Origin: an uncultured Enterobacterales bacterium
GTDB taxonomy: Bacteria; Myxococcota_A; UBA796; JAFGLY01
Direction: 5' to 3'
DNA: 32,234 bases
Assembly: GCA_964532635.1 (NCBI GenBank)
Contig: CAZHIK010000005.1
Span: 1 to 32,234, forward strand
Made by a program: the position numbers and the translations under genes. A model generated the notes under the pieces. It saw only the letters and a program-made list of their open reading frames with translations. It was not told the origin of the DNA and made no database searches. Numbering within the stretch: position 1 is the first letter of the stretch; every line of letters starts with the position of its first letter. Shown here piece by piece: positions 23,852 to 32,234 of this stretch.

Positions 23852-24382
23852 CTATGCCCCCCGCTGCCGCGCCTTCTTGCGGGCGCGCAGGTAGCGGGAG
23901 CGCTTGAAGCGGGAGACCCGCTGGAGGATGGTGACACCGTCGAGGTGGTCCATCTCGTGCTGGATGACCACGCCGGCGAAGTCCTCGAAGCGACGCTGCT
24001 GCGTCTCGCCATGTTCGTCGAGCCAGCGGACATCGACCCAGCGGGGACGGCTGAAGGTCTCCCACAGCTCGGGCACGGACAGGCAGCCTTCCTCGGCCTT
24101 GTACTGCTCCTTGGCCGAATCGACGATCTCGGGGTTGATCATGGCCAGCAGGTCCACGCCGCGCTTGCCGTCGTTGTCCTGGCCACCGGGATCGGCCACC
24201 AGGAAGCGGCGGAGGTCACCCACCTGAGGCGCGGCCAGGCCCACACCGGGCGCGGCGTACATGGTCTCGGCCATGTCGCTGACGAACGCGCGCAGCTCGT
24301 CCGTGATCTCGTCGGGCCGCACGGGGCGGCACTTCTCGGAGAGGCGAGGGTCGGGGGCGTGGATGATCTCGAGGATGGCCAT
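23852..24382 (-). CDS. def: Peptide deformylase
   Basis: GVGLAAPQVG ... EGCLSVP ... QHEMDHLDG are the three signature motifs. The likely start is the ATG at 24382 (MAILEIIHAPDPRL). Confidence 0.92.
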   Translation of the reverse strand: MAILEIIHAPDPRLSEKCRPVRPDEITDELRAFVSDMAETMYAAPGVGLAAPQVGDLRRFLVADPGGQDNDGKRGVDLLAMINPEIVDSAKEQYKAEEGCLSVPELWETFSRPRWVDVRWLDEHGETQQRRFEDFAGVVIQHEMDHLDGVTILQRVSRFKRSRYLRARKKARQRGA

Positions 24383-24471
24383 GGTGGTCTCCGGCGCAAG
24401 GGTAACCAAGGCGCTCCTAGAGGCAAGCCACGGTTGCGGGACGAGTCAAGGGGAGACCGGCCGGGATGTAG

Positions 24472-24539
24472 GGGAGCACTTCATGTGCTCCCGCCGATCG
24501 AGGGCTCGACCTCCTGACGGGCGGGGGTAAACCCCGCCC
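24472..24539 (-). terminator. Two GC-rich hairpins downstream of the repeat-protein gene (possible terminators)
   Basis: GGGCGGGG (24519-24526) pairs with CCCCGCCC (24532-24539) immediately after the stop codon. GGGAGCAC (24472-24479) pairs with GTGCTCCC (24485-24492). No U-tracts. Confidence 0.3.
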
Positions 24540-27176
24540 CTACAGACGCCTTCGCACAAGGCCGATCAATCCGCCGAGGAGGGCCAGCCAGAGGCCCGCC
24601 ACGCCCGCAGGCCCACAGCGCAACCCACCGCCCCCGACGTAGCGCCCGCCCAGCTTCTCGCCGCTGTCGCCGGGGATGAAGTCGGTGTCGCTCGGATCGT
24701 CGCTGTCGCCGGTGTCCACGACAGGATCACAGTCCTCCCAGACTGTCTCGTCGGTGTCGTCGCAGTCGCTGTCCACGGGGTGTCCGTCGCCGTCCTGGTC
24801 GTCGTCGTTGCCGTCGCAGTCCTGGTCGATGCCGTCGTACCAGACCTCGGTGCCCTCGGGGTTGACCTCGGAGCTGGCGTCGTCGCAGTCGGTGCCACCG
24901 TAGGCGTCGCTGTCGTAGCCATCGCCGTCGGCGTCGTACTCGTCGCTGGCGTCGCAGTCGTTGATCACGCCGTCGTAGGGCTCGTCGGGGGCCTCGGGGT
25001 AGACGCTGTCGTCCGCGTCGTCGCAGTCGTCGCCGTGGTGGCTGGCGCTGTCGTAGCCGTCACCGTCGTAGTCGTAGTCGGAGCCCCCGGAGCAGTCCTG
25101 GTCGACGCCGTCGTACCAGACCTCGATGGCGCCGGGGTTGATGTAGGGATTGCCCTCGTCGCAGTCGTCCTCGATGCTCCAGCCATCCTCGTCCTGGTCG
25201 TCGTCGTTGCCGTCGCAGTCCTGGTCGATGCCGTCGTACCAGGTCTCGGGGGCGCCGGGGTACACCGAGACCAGGCTGTCGTCGCAGTCGGTGGTGTCGG
25301 TGGTGGTGTTGGGGGGCTGATCGCAGGCGGTGTATGTGACGGAGGGGTCGCCGTAGCCGTCGCCGTCGCTGTCGGCGTACCAGGTGGAGGCGTCGACGGC
25401 ATCGGACTCGTCCACCCGCCCATCGCAGTCGTTGTCGTAGCCGTCGCAGTACTCGTCGGTGCCCGGGTACACGGCGGAGTCGTAGTCGTCGCAGTCCGAG
25501 CCGTCGGCGATGCTGCCGCTGGGGGCACTGCAGGCGCTGGCCGAGGTGCTGGCGTCGCCGTAGCCGTCGCCGTCTCGGTCCGGGTGCCAGGTGCTGGCGT
25601 CCACAGCGCTGTCCTCGTCCACATCTCCATCGCAGTCGTCGTCGTGGCCGTCGCAGTACTCGTCGGCGCCGGGGTAGGCCGCGGCGTCGCTGTCGTCGCA
25701 GTCGGTGGCATCCGACACGTGACCACTGGGCGCCGAGCACGCCACGGAGCTGCTCGAGGCATCGCCGTAGCCGTCGCTGTCACTGTCGGCGTACCAGGTC
25801 GCAGCGTCCACTGCGGTGCTCTCATCCACGCTGCCATCGCAGTCGTCGTCGTTGCCATCGCAGTACTCGTCGGCCCCTGGGTACGCCGCCGCGTCTCCGT
25901 CGTCACAGTCGGTGGAGCCAGAGACGTACCCGCTGGGCACCGAGCAGGCGGTCGCGGTGCTAGAGGCGTCGCCGTAGCCGTCGCCGTCACCGTCGGCGTA
26001 CCAGGTGGCGGCATCCACGGCGGTGTCTTCGTCCACGCTGCCGTCGCAGTCGTCGTCGTGGCCGTCGCAGTACTCGTCGGCGCCAGGGTAGGCGGCAGGG
26101 TCGCTGTCGTCGCAGTCGGTGGCGTCGGAGCTGTAGCCGCTGGGCAGCGAGCAAGCGGCGGTGGTGCTCGAAGCATCGCCGAAGCCATCACCATCGTCAT
26201 CCGCGTACCAGGTGCTGGCGTCTACAGCCGAGTCCTCGTCCGTGCTGCCGTCGCAGTCGTCGTCCACGCCGTTGCAGCTCTCGCTGGCCCCCGGGTGGAC
26301 CGCCGGATCGCTGTCGTCGCAGTCGCTGTCGTCGGACAGGTACCCGCTGGGCTGACTGCAGGCGGCGGTGGTGCTCGAAGCATCGCCGTAGCCGTCCCCG
26401 TCATCGTCGGCGTACCAAGTGCCAGCGTCGGCGGCGCTGTCCTCGTCCGTGCTGCCGTCGCAGTCGTTGTCGACGCCGTCGCAGTACTCGGTGGCGCCGG
26501 GAGAGAGGCTGCTGTCGGCGTCGTCACAGTCGCCGTCCACCTCGCTGTAGCCGTCGCCGTCCCCGTCGTCGCTCAGGCTCTCGGGCGGCGAGAAGCTGCC
26601 CGACGCGGTGACGGCCACCTCGTCGAAGTAGGCATAGGAGTTGGCGTACACGGTGCCGTCGGTCACGGTGCGCACGGTGATGCTGTGGGTGCCGCTGGGC
26701 ACGTAGAACTCGCAGTGGACGAACTGCCAGTCGCCGTGGCCCGAGGTGGACACGGAAGAGCAGTCGCCGCTGCCGCCGTCGGCCTGGGTGTAGCTGACGT
26801 CGGCCAAATCCAGGTAGGCGTTCCCCCCACCGTCGATGTCGTTGTAGATGTAGCCGGACAGCACGTACCAGGAGCGGTGGCTGACCGACACACTCTGGCG
26901 CGTGGCCACGCCACCGCCGGTGTTGGTCCAGGTCTGGTCCAGCAGGCCCAGGGAGCCGCTGCCAGCGTAGGCGTTCCGGCTGTCGTAGCCCTGGATCCCC
27001 CCGGTGCCGTCGGTCCAGGAGGTCAGGGCAGTGCCGCTGTAGGACTCCATGTCGCCGTTGGTCACCAGGCTGTAGGCGGCCACGCTGTCGTCGAAGGGAC
27101 CGTCCAGGCGGGTGGCGGCCTGGGCGTCGGAGGTGCCGAGGGCGGCGGCGAGGAAGAGGATGGAGAGCACGCGCAT
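24540..27176 (-). CDS. Secreted/surface repeat protein: signal peptide, CBM/galactose-binding-like N-domain, many MopE-type Cys/Asp-rich 'putative metal-binding' repeats, MYXO-CTERM-like sorting tail
   Basis: Signal peptide MRVLSILFLAAALGTSDAQA. About 6 repeats of ~70 aa (DCDD.D...YPGA.EYCDG.DDDCDG..DE..A.DA.TWYAD.DGDGYGD...), then shorter WYDG.DQDCDG repeats. The C-terminus is GGGLRCGPAGVAGLWLALLGGLIGLVRRRL. Confidence 0.8.
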   Translation of the reverse strand: MRVLSILFLAAALGTSDAQAATRLDGPFDDSVAAYSLVTNGDMESYSGTALTSWTDGTGGIQGYDSRNAYAGSGSLGLLDQTWTNTGGGVATRQSVSVSHRSWYVLSGYIYNDIDGGGNAYLDLADVSYTQADGGSGDCSSVSTSGHGDWQFVHCEFYVPSGTHSITVRTVTDGTVYANSYAYFDEVAVTASGSFSPPESLSDDGDGDGYSEVDGDCDDADSSLSPGATEYCDGVDNDCDGSTDEDSAADAGTWYADDDGDGYGDASSTTAACSQPSGYLSDDSDCDDSDPAVHPGASESCNGVDDDCDGSTDEDSAVDASTWYADDDGDGFGDASSTTAACSLPSGYSSDATDCDDSDPAAYPGADEYCDGHDDDCDGSVDEDTAVDAATWYADGDGDGYGDASSTATACSVPSGYVSGSTDCDDGDAAAYPGADEYCDGNDDDCDGSVDESTAVDAATWYADSDSDGYGDASSSSVACSAPSGHVSDATDCDDSDAAAYPGADEYCDGHDDDCDGDVDEDSAVDASTWHPDRDGDGYGDASTSASACSAPSGSIADGSDCDDYDSAVYPGTDEYCDGYDNDCDGRVDESDAVDASTWYADSDGDGYGDPSVTYTACDQPPNTTTDTTDCDDSLVSVYPGAPETWYDGIDQDCDGNDDDQDEDGWSIEDDCDEGNPYINPGAIEVWYDGVDQDCSGGSDYDYDGDGYDSASHHGDDCDDADDSVYPEAPDEPYDGVINDCDASDEYDADGDGYDSDAYGGTDCDDASSEVNPEGTEVWYDGIDQDCDGNDDDQDGDGHPVDSDCDDTDETVWEDCDPVVDTGDSDDPSDTDFIPGDSGEKLGGRYVGGGGLRCGPAGVAGLWLALLGGLIGLVRRRL

Positions 27177-27219
27177 GGGGTCCTCGAGGGGCCGAGCCCA
27201 GCGATGGTAGCACGCCGGC

Positions 27220-28482
27220 TCAGGGTTGCCCGGCCAGCCAGTCCAGCAGCTGCTCCTCGGCCTCCGCGGGCAGCGTGAGGTGAGCGCCGTCGTCGATGAC
27301 CAGGGACTCTACCGGGGAGCCTCGCTTCGCCAGGCCCACCACCAGGTCCTCCACGAGATCGGGCGGGAACAGCTCGTCCTCGCCCCCGACCACCACCAGC
27401 AGCGGGGCCTCACCGTCACCCCGGGACAAGGCCTCGTCCTCGAGCACCCCCGCCAGAGGCTCGAGGGCCTCGCGGTCCCCGTCCAGCAGGGCGTCCACCA
27501 CGGCGGGCAGGAGCAGGTCCTCGGGCTCGCCGTCGAGAGCGATCCCCAGCCAGGCCGCGCAGGAGTCGTCGATCATGCCCGGCAGGTCGGCCGCCAGCTC
27601 CGGCTGCAGCCAGGGCTCCAGCCCACCGAGATCCGGGTACCAGCGTGTCATGCCAAACAGCCCCAGCACCACAGGCGCGGTGGGGACCTCCCCCCAGGCC
27701 ATGGCCTCGGCAAGATCCAGCGGATCCGGGGGCGGCGCGATGGCCACCGCCGCCCGCAGCTCCAGCTCGGGAGCCAGCTCGGGCCAGGCCTGCCAGGCTG
27801 CGAGGGTGGCGTGGGCACCTTGGGAGTGGCCCTCGAGGATGGTCTCCGCCGAGGGAGGGTGCACCACACCCCGCCCGGCGTCACAGAAACGATGGGCCGC
27901 GTGCACGCTGTCCCACACGGCCTGGGCGGTGGGCTCGGCCACGACGTAGGGGTGCTCCCCCGGCGTGCCCAGCCCCAGGTAGTCGCTCATCACGACGATG
28001 TGCCCCTCCCCCACCAGTCGGGCCGCCAGGGGGTTGAGCAGGGACTCGAAGCCGAAGGTCAGGGACAGCTTGGAGGGCGCGCAGCGATCCCCCAGGCTCG
28101 AGGTGCCGTGCTGGTGGGCCACCACCGGGAAGCCCCCAGCGGGCGGCTCGGCGTCGGGAACCGCGATGCGGGCGCTGACCACCGCGGGTTCACCGTCGAC
28201 GCCCACGGAGCGGTACAGCAGCCGGTAGACCTGAGCGCCGTGCTCCGGTTCCACAGCGCCCGCCAGCCGCAGGGCCAGCCTGTTGGCTCGCACCACGTGC
28301 TGCACCCGCAGCACCTCCCCGGGAGGCAGGGGAACGAGATCCTCGTCCACCTCGGCCGTGTAGAAGTCGAACGGGTGCTCGTCGGACCAGTCGCAGCGGA
28401 CGTCGGGGGGGAACTCCGAGGGCTCGCTGCCGCAGGCAGAGGCGAGGGCGATCAGGGGAAGGAGCAGGGCGCGCATACCCAT
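27220..28482 (-). CDS. Lipoprotein, secretory-lipase-like alpha/beta hydrolase
   Basis: ATG at 28482 (MGMRALLLPLIALASAC has a lipobox L-A-S-A-C). Nucleophile elbow LEGHSQGAH (G-x-S-x-G). The track ORF extension to 29385 runs out of frame through the next gene. Confidence 0.65.
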   Translation of the reverse strand: MGMRALLLPLIALASACGSEPSEFPPDVRCDWSDEHPFDFYTAEVDEDLVPLPPGEVLRVQHVVRANRLALRLAGAVEPEHGAQVYRLLYRSVGVDGEPAVVSARIAVPDAEPPAGGFPVVAHQHGTSSLGDRCAPSKLSLTFGFESLLNPLAARLVGEGHIVVMSDYLGLGTPGEHPYVVAEPTAQAVWDSVHAAHRFCDAGRGVVHPPSAETILEGHSQGAHATLAAWQAWPELAPELELRAAVAIAPPPDPLDLAEAMAWGEVPTAPVVLGLFGMTRWYPDLGGLEPWLQPELAADLPGMIDDSCAAWLGIALDGEPEDLLLPAVVDALLDGDREALEPLAGVLEDEALSRGDGEAPLLVVVGGEDELFPPDLVEDLVVGLAKRGSPVESLVIDDGAHLTLPAEAEEQLLDWLAGQP

Positions 28483-28517
28483 CCGACCCGCGGGGGCGGA
28501 GGAATGGAAAGCCTGGA

Positions 28518-29354
28518 TCAGCGCCAGGAAAAGTCGGGGCGCTCCGCCAGGTCGAGCAGCTCGGGCAGGCGGTCGAGCACAGCCACCCAGGCCTGGCTCA
28601 CCTGTTGGACCATGGTGGTGAAGCCGGGCTCGTCGAACACGCCGGTGTACTCGTCCATGAAGATCTTCTTGAGCTCGAGGCTGGGCACGACCACCCGGCC
28701 CGGGTGGCGCTGCTGCAGAGCGTCGTGGATCCTGCCGCCCCCAAAGACCACGTTCTCTCCGACCGTGACGGGCCGCCCTTGCCAGCGCAGGGGCCTCAGG
28801 GCGTCCAGCAAGGCCGTGTTCAGCGCTGCGAAGCGCGGGTGCGCGCCCCGCGTGCCCAGGTTGAACACGGGACGTTCGGGCTGCTCCCACCACAGCGCAG
28901 CGGGATCCTCGCGCCGGTAGCAGTAGGAGTGGACGTCGAGCAGCACGCAGTAGCCGAAGATCTCCACGGCCTGGTCCACCAAGGCGTAGATGGCTGCACG
29001 GGCTTCGTCGTGTCGGCATCGGGAGCGCTCGAGCGCTTCGGGCGGGGGCAGCTCGCGGTACAGATCGATGCCCCAGCAGGTCTCGGGGGTGGTGTAGGCG
29101 CAGGTGTGCCGGTGCCGGTTGAGATCGACCTCGAAGCGACTGACCTCGGTCCACAGGGCCACGGGAAAGGGCTCGAGGAGCCGATCGGTGCCTGGATCCT
29201 CTTCGGTCAGCCGGGCGCCGTCGGTGGCGGCCATCAGGCTCAGCAGCTCGGGCCGGACACCATGGCCGCTGTGGGGGGCGAGGGCCAGGACGGGGGAGAG
29301 GCGATCCTGACGCGTGTGCAGGATTCCAGTGGGCTCTGATCGGTGGATCTTCAT
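28518..29354 (-). CDS. N-formylglutamate amidohydrolase (FGase) family protein
   Basis: LALAPHSGHGVRPE ... VSRFEVDLNRHR ... VLLDVHSY fit the FGase family motifs (HsG..vP / sR...D.NR / lD.HS). Confidence 0.65.
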   Translation of the reverse strand: MKIHRSEPTGILHTRQDRLSPVLALAPHSGHGVRPELLSLMAATDGARLTEEDPGTDRLLEPFPVALWTEVSRFEVDLNRHRHTCAYTTPETCWGIDLYRELPPPEALERSRCRHDEARAAIYALVDQAVEIFGYCVLLDVHSYCYRREDPAALWWEQPERPVFNLGTRGAHPRFAALNTALLDALRPLRWQGRPVTVGENVVFGGGRIHDALQQRHPGRVVVPSLELKKIFMDEYTGVFDEPGFTTMVQQVSQAWVAVLDRLPELLDLAERPDFSWR

Positions 29355-29498
29355 GGCTCCAATATGGCCCGCCCCGGGCCGACATGCACGTCTGTCACGC
29401 TATCCTGGACGACTACAGGCACACCCGGAGCGGCGCGGCGCAGCGACGTCGGCAACGCCGCCTCCCGTATGGCGCATCCCCCCGAGCGTTTCCTCGTG

Positions 29499-30917
29499 CT
29501 ACCCCTCCAGCGCTGACTTGGGAGGCAGCGTGAATATGGGGACGACACCCCCGGCGTCGGCGTCTGTGAGGGTGAAGGTCGGGACGACCGCGCCACCGGC
29601 GCTGACGTTGATGACCGAGTTGCGGGACAGGCGGACGACCGAGCCGGCGTAGCGCCCGGCGAACATGTAGGGATTGAGGTTGACCTTGAAGCTCTCGAGC
29701 CTGAAGGTCGGCGAGAAGACCGGGAAGGAGGCCTCGGGGATGGGCACGAATTCCTGGACGGTCCACCCCCCGGGCTCGCTCGCGGCGGTGTGCAGCAGGG
29801 AGTCCCAGGTCCCCGAGTCGGTCTCGGGGCCGATGGCCACCCCCTTGCCCCCGTAGGAGTAGGTGGGCTTGAGCACCAGCTTGTCCTTGTGCTTGCGCGC
29901 CAGCTCGAGCAGGTCGCCCCGATCGCCATGGAAGGTGACCGGCTGGGACTCCACCAGCTTGGTCCAGGGCACGACGTCGCGCAGGACCGCCTGCTGCTCC
30001 TTGGAGAAGTAGTGGGAGTTGCGCTCGTCCGACAGCAGCGCCATGAAAGCCTTGGAGCCCGGGATGCGGGTGCAGAACGGGTTGACCACGCAGACCAGGC
30101 CTTGCTGTGAGGCCTCGAGGAAGGCGCGCACGCCAGGCTCGTCACGCTTGCCGAGAAGCTCGCCGAGGATCACGCGGCGGTAGACGAGGTCGATGGGCTG
30201 GCCGTCGCCGTACAGCGCGCCGCCCCGGATCTCCATGTCGCGAGGATCCACGAAGCGAGCGGGCACACCGTGGGCCTCGAAGAACTCCGCCACGAGGTGG
30301 TGCTCACGGAGAGTGCTGACCTCGCGCCAGTCGACGACCGCGACACGGGGCTTGTCGTGCAGGCCCCAGCCACGCGCGGACTCGAGGACGGCGGCCAGCA
30401 GCTTGGCCCGGCAGCTCGAGCCTCGCAGGTGGCGCGTCCAGGGCAGCACGTCCATGATGGGCAGCTCGAGGAAGGCCTGCTCGAGCAGGTCGGTCCACGC
30501 CACGCCAGCAGGGCTCTCGGCGTTGAACTCGAGGTACTTGATGGAGTTGCCGACCATGAAGGCGTCGGGCCGAGCGATCACCTGCTTCCGCTTCAGGCGT
30601 GGATCGGACACCATGTAGCGAGCTTCGTCCTGATCGAGCGGGATCTGCGAGCGCAGGTCCGGATCGTCGTGGAAGCGCATCAGGACCTGCTCAGCACAGT
30701 CGAGCAGGACCTGGGAGGTGGTGGCCAGCCGCTTCTCCTGGGCCACGGACAGGAACGCGGGGCGCAGCCTCGCCGGCAGGGTCTTGGCGCCGAAGACGCA
30801 GCCGAGCTCGTGCTGACGCTCGTTGAGCTGACGAAGCAGCTCGGGGCCTCGATCCGGGTGTTCTTCCAACCAGCCAAGCCAGCTGCGTGCGGCCTCGATG
30901 GGTTGCATGGGTGGCAT
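29499..30917 (-). CDS. Circularly permuted ATP-grasp / glutathionylspermidine-synthase-like ligase (tentative)
   Basis: 472 aa. VIARPDAFMVGNSIKYLEFNAESPAGVAWTD resembles the R.D....g...k.lE.NadsP motif of GSP-synthase/CP-ATP-grasp families. An FGase-family neighbour is a known association for such amidoligases. Called by eye only. Confidence 0.45.
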   Translation of the reverse strand: MPPMQPIEAARSWLGWLEEHPDRGPELLRQLNERQHELGCVFGAKTLPARLRPAFLSVAQEKRLATTSQVLLDCAEQVLMRFHDDPDLRSQIPLDQDEARYMVSDPRLKRKQVIARPDAFMVGNSIKYLEFNAESPAGVAWTDLLEQAFLELPIMDVLPWTRHLRGSSCRAKLLAAVLESARGWGLHDKPRVAVVDWREVSTLREHHLVAEFFEAHGVPARFVDPRDMEIRGGALYGDGQPIDLVYRRVILGELLGKRDEPGVRAFLEASQQGLVCVVNPFCTRIPGSKAFMALLSDERNSHYFSKEQQAVLRDVVPWTKLVESQPVTFHGDRGDLLELARKHKDKLVLKPTYSYGGKGVAIGPETDSGTWDSLLHTAASEPGGWTVQEFVPIPEASFPVFSPTFRLESFKVNLNPYMFAGRYAGSVVRLSRNSVINVSAGGAVVPTFTLTDADAGGVVPIFTLPPKSALEG

Positions 30918-31066
30918 CCTCGCAGGGGGGGCGGGGCGGGCCCGGTGGTAGAGGGGGAGGTGAAGGGATCGGGCCCGGGGGGACAGAGCGGCTTCGACTA
31001 TCCCACGTCAAGGAGATGTCCACAGAAAAAACACCGCTCAGCCCTGGCGTTTTACCGACCCGACGC

Positions 31067-32234
31067 TCAGCGCCTGCGGCGCGAGGCCAGCAGCAGGGGC
31101 AGCAGCAGCCACGCCAGGCCCACGGCACCGCCCCCGCCGCAGGCGCAGCCACCGCCGCCCTTGAAGAAGCCGTCGTCGTCGGAGAACGGCCCGGTGTCGG
31201 TCCCCGGCCCGGTGTCGTCGCTGCCGGGTTCGCTGTCATCGGGCCCCGTGTCGCCCGTGTCCTCGACGATGGGCTCGCAGTCGTCGTCCAGCTCACCGTT
31301 GCCGGGCCAGCTGTCGGGATCGGTGTCGTCGCAGTCCTCGTCCAGAGGCCAACCGTCGCCGTCCTGGTCGTAGTCGTCGGCGCCGTCGCAGTCCTGGTCG
31401 ACCCCGTCGTACCAGGTCTCCATGGCGTCGGGGCTGACGCTGGCGTCGGTGTCGTCGCAGTCGGCGCCGCCATAGGCGTCGGAGCCGAAGCCGTCGCCAT
31501 CCTGGTCGTAGTCGTCGGCACCGTCGCAGTCGCTATCCACACCGTCGTACCAGATCTCCTCGGCCTCCGGGTTCACCGCGGGATCGGTGTCGTCGCAGTC
31601 CTCGTCCACACCGTAGCCGTCGCCGTCCTGGTCCGTGTCGTTGCCGTCGCAGTCCTGGTCCAGGCCGTCGTACCAGATCTCCTCGGCGTCGGGATTGACC
31701 GCCGAGTTGGCATCGTCGCAGTCGTCGCCTCCGTAGGCCGAGCTGTCCCAGCCGTCGCCGTCGGCGTCGTACTCGCCGGCCTCGTCGCAGTCGTTGACCA
31801 CGCCGTCGTAGGGGATGTCCGGCGCGCCCGGGTAGGTGGTGGCGTCGGCGTCGTCGCAGTCGGTGCCGCCGTAGCTGGCGCTGTCGTAGCCGTCGCCGTC
31901 GTAGTCGTAGTCGTTGGCGCCGTCGCAGTCGCTGTCCACGCCGTCGTACCAGGTCTCGATGGCGTCGGGATTCACGCTGGCGTCGTCGTCATCGCAGTCG
32001 TCGCCCCCGTAGGCGTCGCTGTCGTGCTCGTCGTAGTCGGCGTCGTAGTCGGACCAGCCGTCGCAGTCCTGGTCGAAGCCGTCGTACCAGACCTCGCTGG
32101 CCCCGGGGTTGACCGCGGCGTCCGCGTCGTCGCAGTCGGCGCCGCCGTAGCCGTCGGCCGCGTAGCCGTCACCGTCCGCGTCGTAGTCGTTGGCGCCGTC
32201 GCAGTCGCTGTCCACGCCGTCGTACCAGGTCTCG
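31067..32234 (-). CDS. Second MopE-repeat surface protein with MYXO-CTERM-like tail; partial, N-terminus lies beyond the window
   Basis: Repeats of DCDD.D..VNP.A.E.WYDG.D.DCDG.DDYD.DGDG. The frame stays open to the window edge (..ETWYDGVDSDCDG). The C-terminus is FFKGGGGCACGGGGAVGLAWLLLPLLLASRRRR. Confidence 0.8.
   Translation of the reverse strand, partial: ETWYDGVDSDCDGANDYDADGDGYAADGYGGADCDDADAAVNPGASEVWYDGFDQDCDGWSDYDADYDEHDSDAYGGDDCDDDDASVNPDAIETWYDGVDSDCDGANDYDYDGDGYDSASYGGTDCDDADATTYPGAPDIPYDGVVNDCDEAGEYDADGDGWDSSAYGGDDCDDANSAVNPDAEEIWYDGLDQDCDGNDTDQDGDGYGVDEDCDDTDPAVNPEAEEIWYDGVDSDCDGADDYDQDGDGFGSDAYGGADCDDTDASVSPDAMETWYDGVDQDCDGADDYDQDGDGWPLDEDCDDTDPDSWPGNGELDDDCEPIVEDTGDTGPDDSEPGSDDTGPGTDTGPFSDDDGFFKGGGGCACGGGGAVGLAWLLLPLLLASRRRR

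Noticed and set aside
24600-26600. Possible CRISPR array or non-coding tandem repeat, suggested by the periodic DNA repeats
   Set aside because: The repeats lie inside a continuous ORF with about 210-nt periodicity that encodes protein repeats. There is no short-repeat/unique-spacer architecture and there are no cas genes.
24780-27278. 832-aa plus-strand ORF (and the 411-aa and other minus-strand frames) covering the repeat-protein gene
   Set aside because: It is antisense or off-frame to a gene with a clear signal peptide, repeats and sorting tail. Its translation is a monotonous Val/Ala/Gly string produced by the reverse complement of GAC/GCC/TGC-rich repeats. It is an artefact of stop-poor, GC-rich repetitive DNA.

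Overview
Very GC-rich bacterial chromosome window. Two surface proteins carry Cys/Asp-rich MopE-type repeats and a Gly-Cys / hydrophobic / RRR C-terminal tail (MYXO-CTERM-like), so I infer Myxococcota. The window has two parts. (1) About 21.16-32.2 kb looks like core genome. It holds tRNA-Pro(TGG) and a minus-strand def-fmt-rpe-metallophosphoesterase operon. It also holds two paralogous MopE-repeat surface proteins flanking a lipoprotein lipase, an N-formylglutamate-amidohydrolase-family gene and an ATP-grasp-like ligase. (2) About 1-21.16 kb looks like an integrative island abutting the 3' end of tRNA-Pro. It carries an overlapping excisionase-like/tyrosine-integrase module, followed by a decayed second copy of the integrase 3' end. 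It also carries an HTH gene coupled to a LapG/BTLCP-like cysteine protease, and several wHTH regulators. Its defence cargo is an HNH (type IV restriction-like) nuclease and a complete type II Wadjet operon (jetABCD, TIGR02677-02680 family) in which jetA is broken by one in-frame TAA. Divergent from Wadjet sits a translationally coupled three-gene cassette: a RavA/MoxR-like AAA+ ATPase, a 359-aa protein with no domain I recognise, and an HExxH metallopeptidase-like/VWA (DUF2201-type) protein. This cassette is my best candidate for an undescribed conflict/defence system. Non-coding features not explained by the genes: three tandem 63-nt hairpin repeats next to the tRNA, a perfect 13-bp tandem duplication, an 8+8 palindrome at the xis/int promoter, and a TGACAAT-type motif shared by three island promoter regions. 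All protein family calls rest on motif recognition by eye; no searches were run. Most long overlapping ORFs in the track are GC-driven antisense artefacts.
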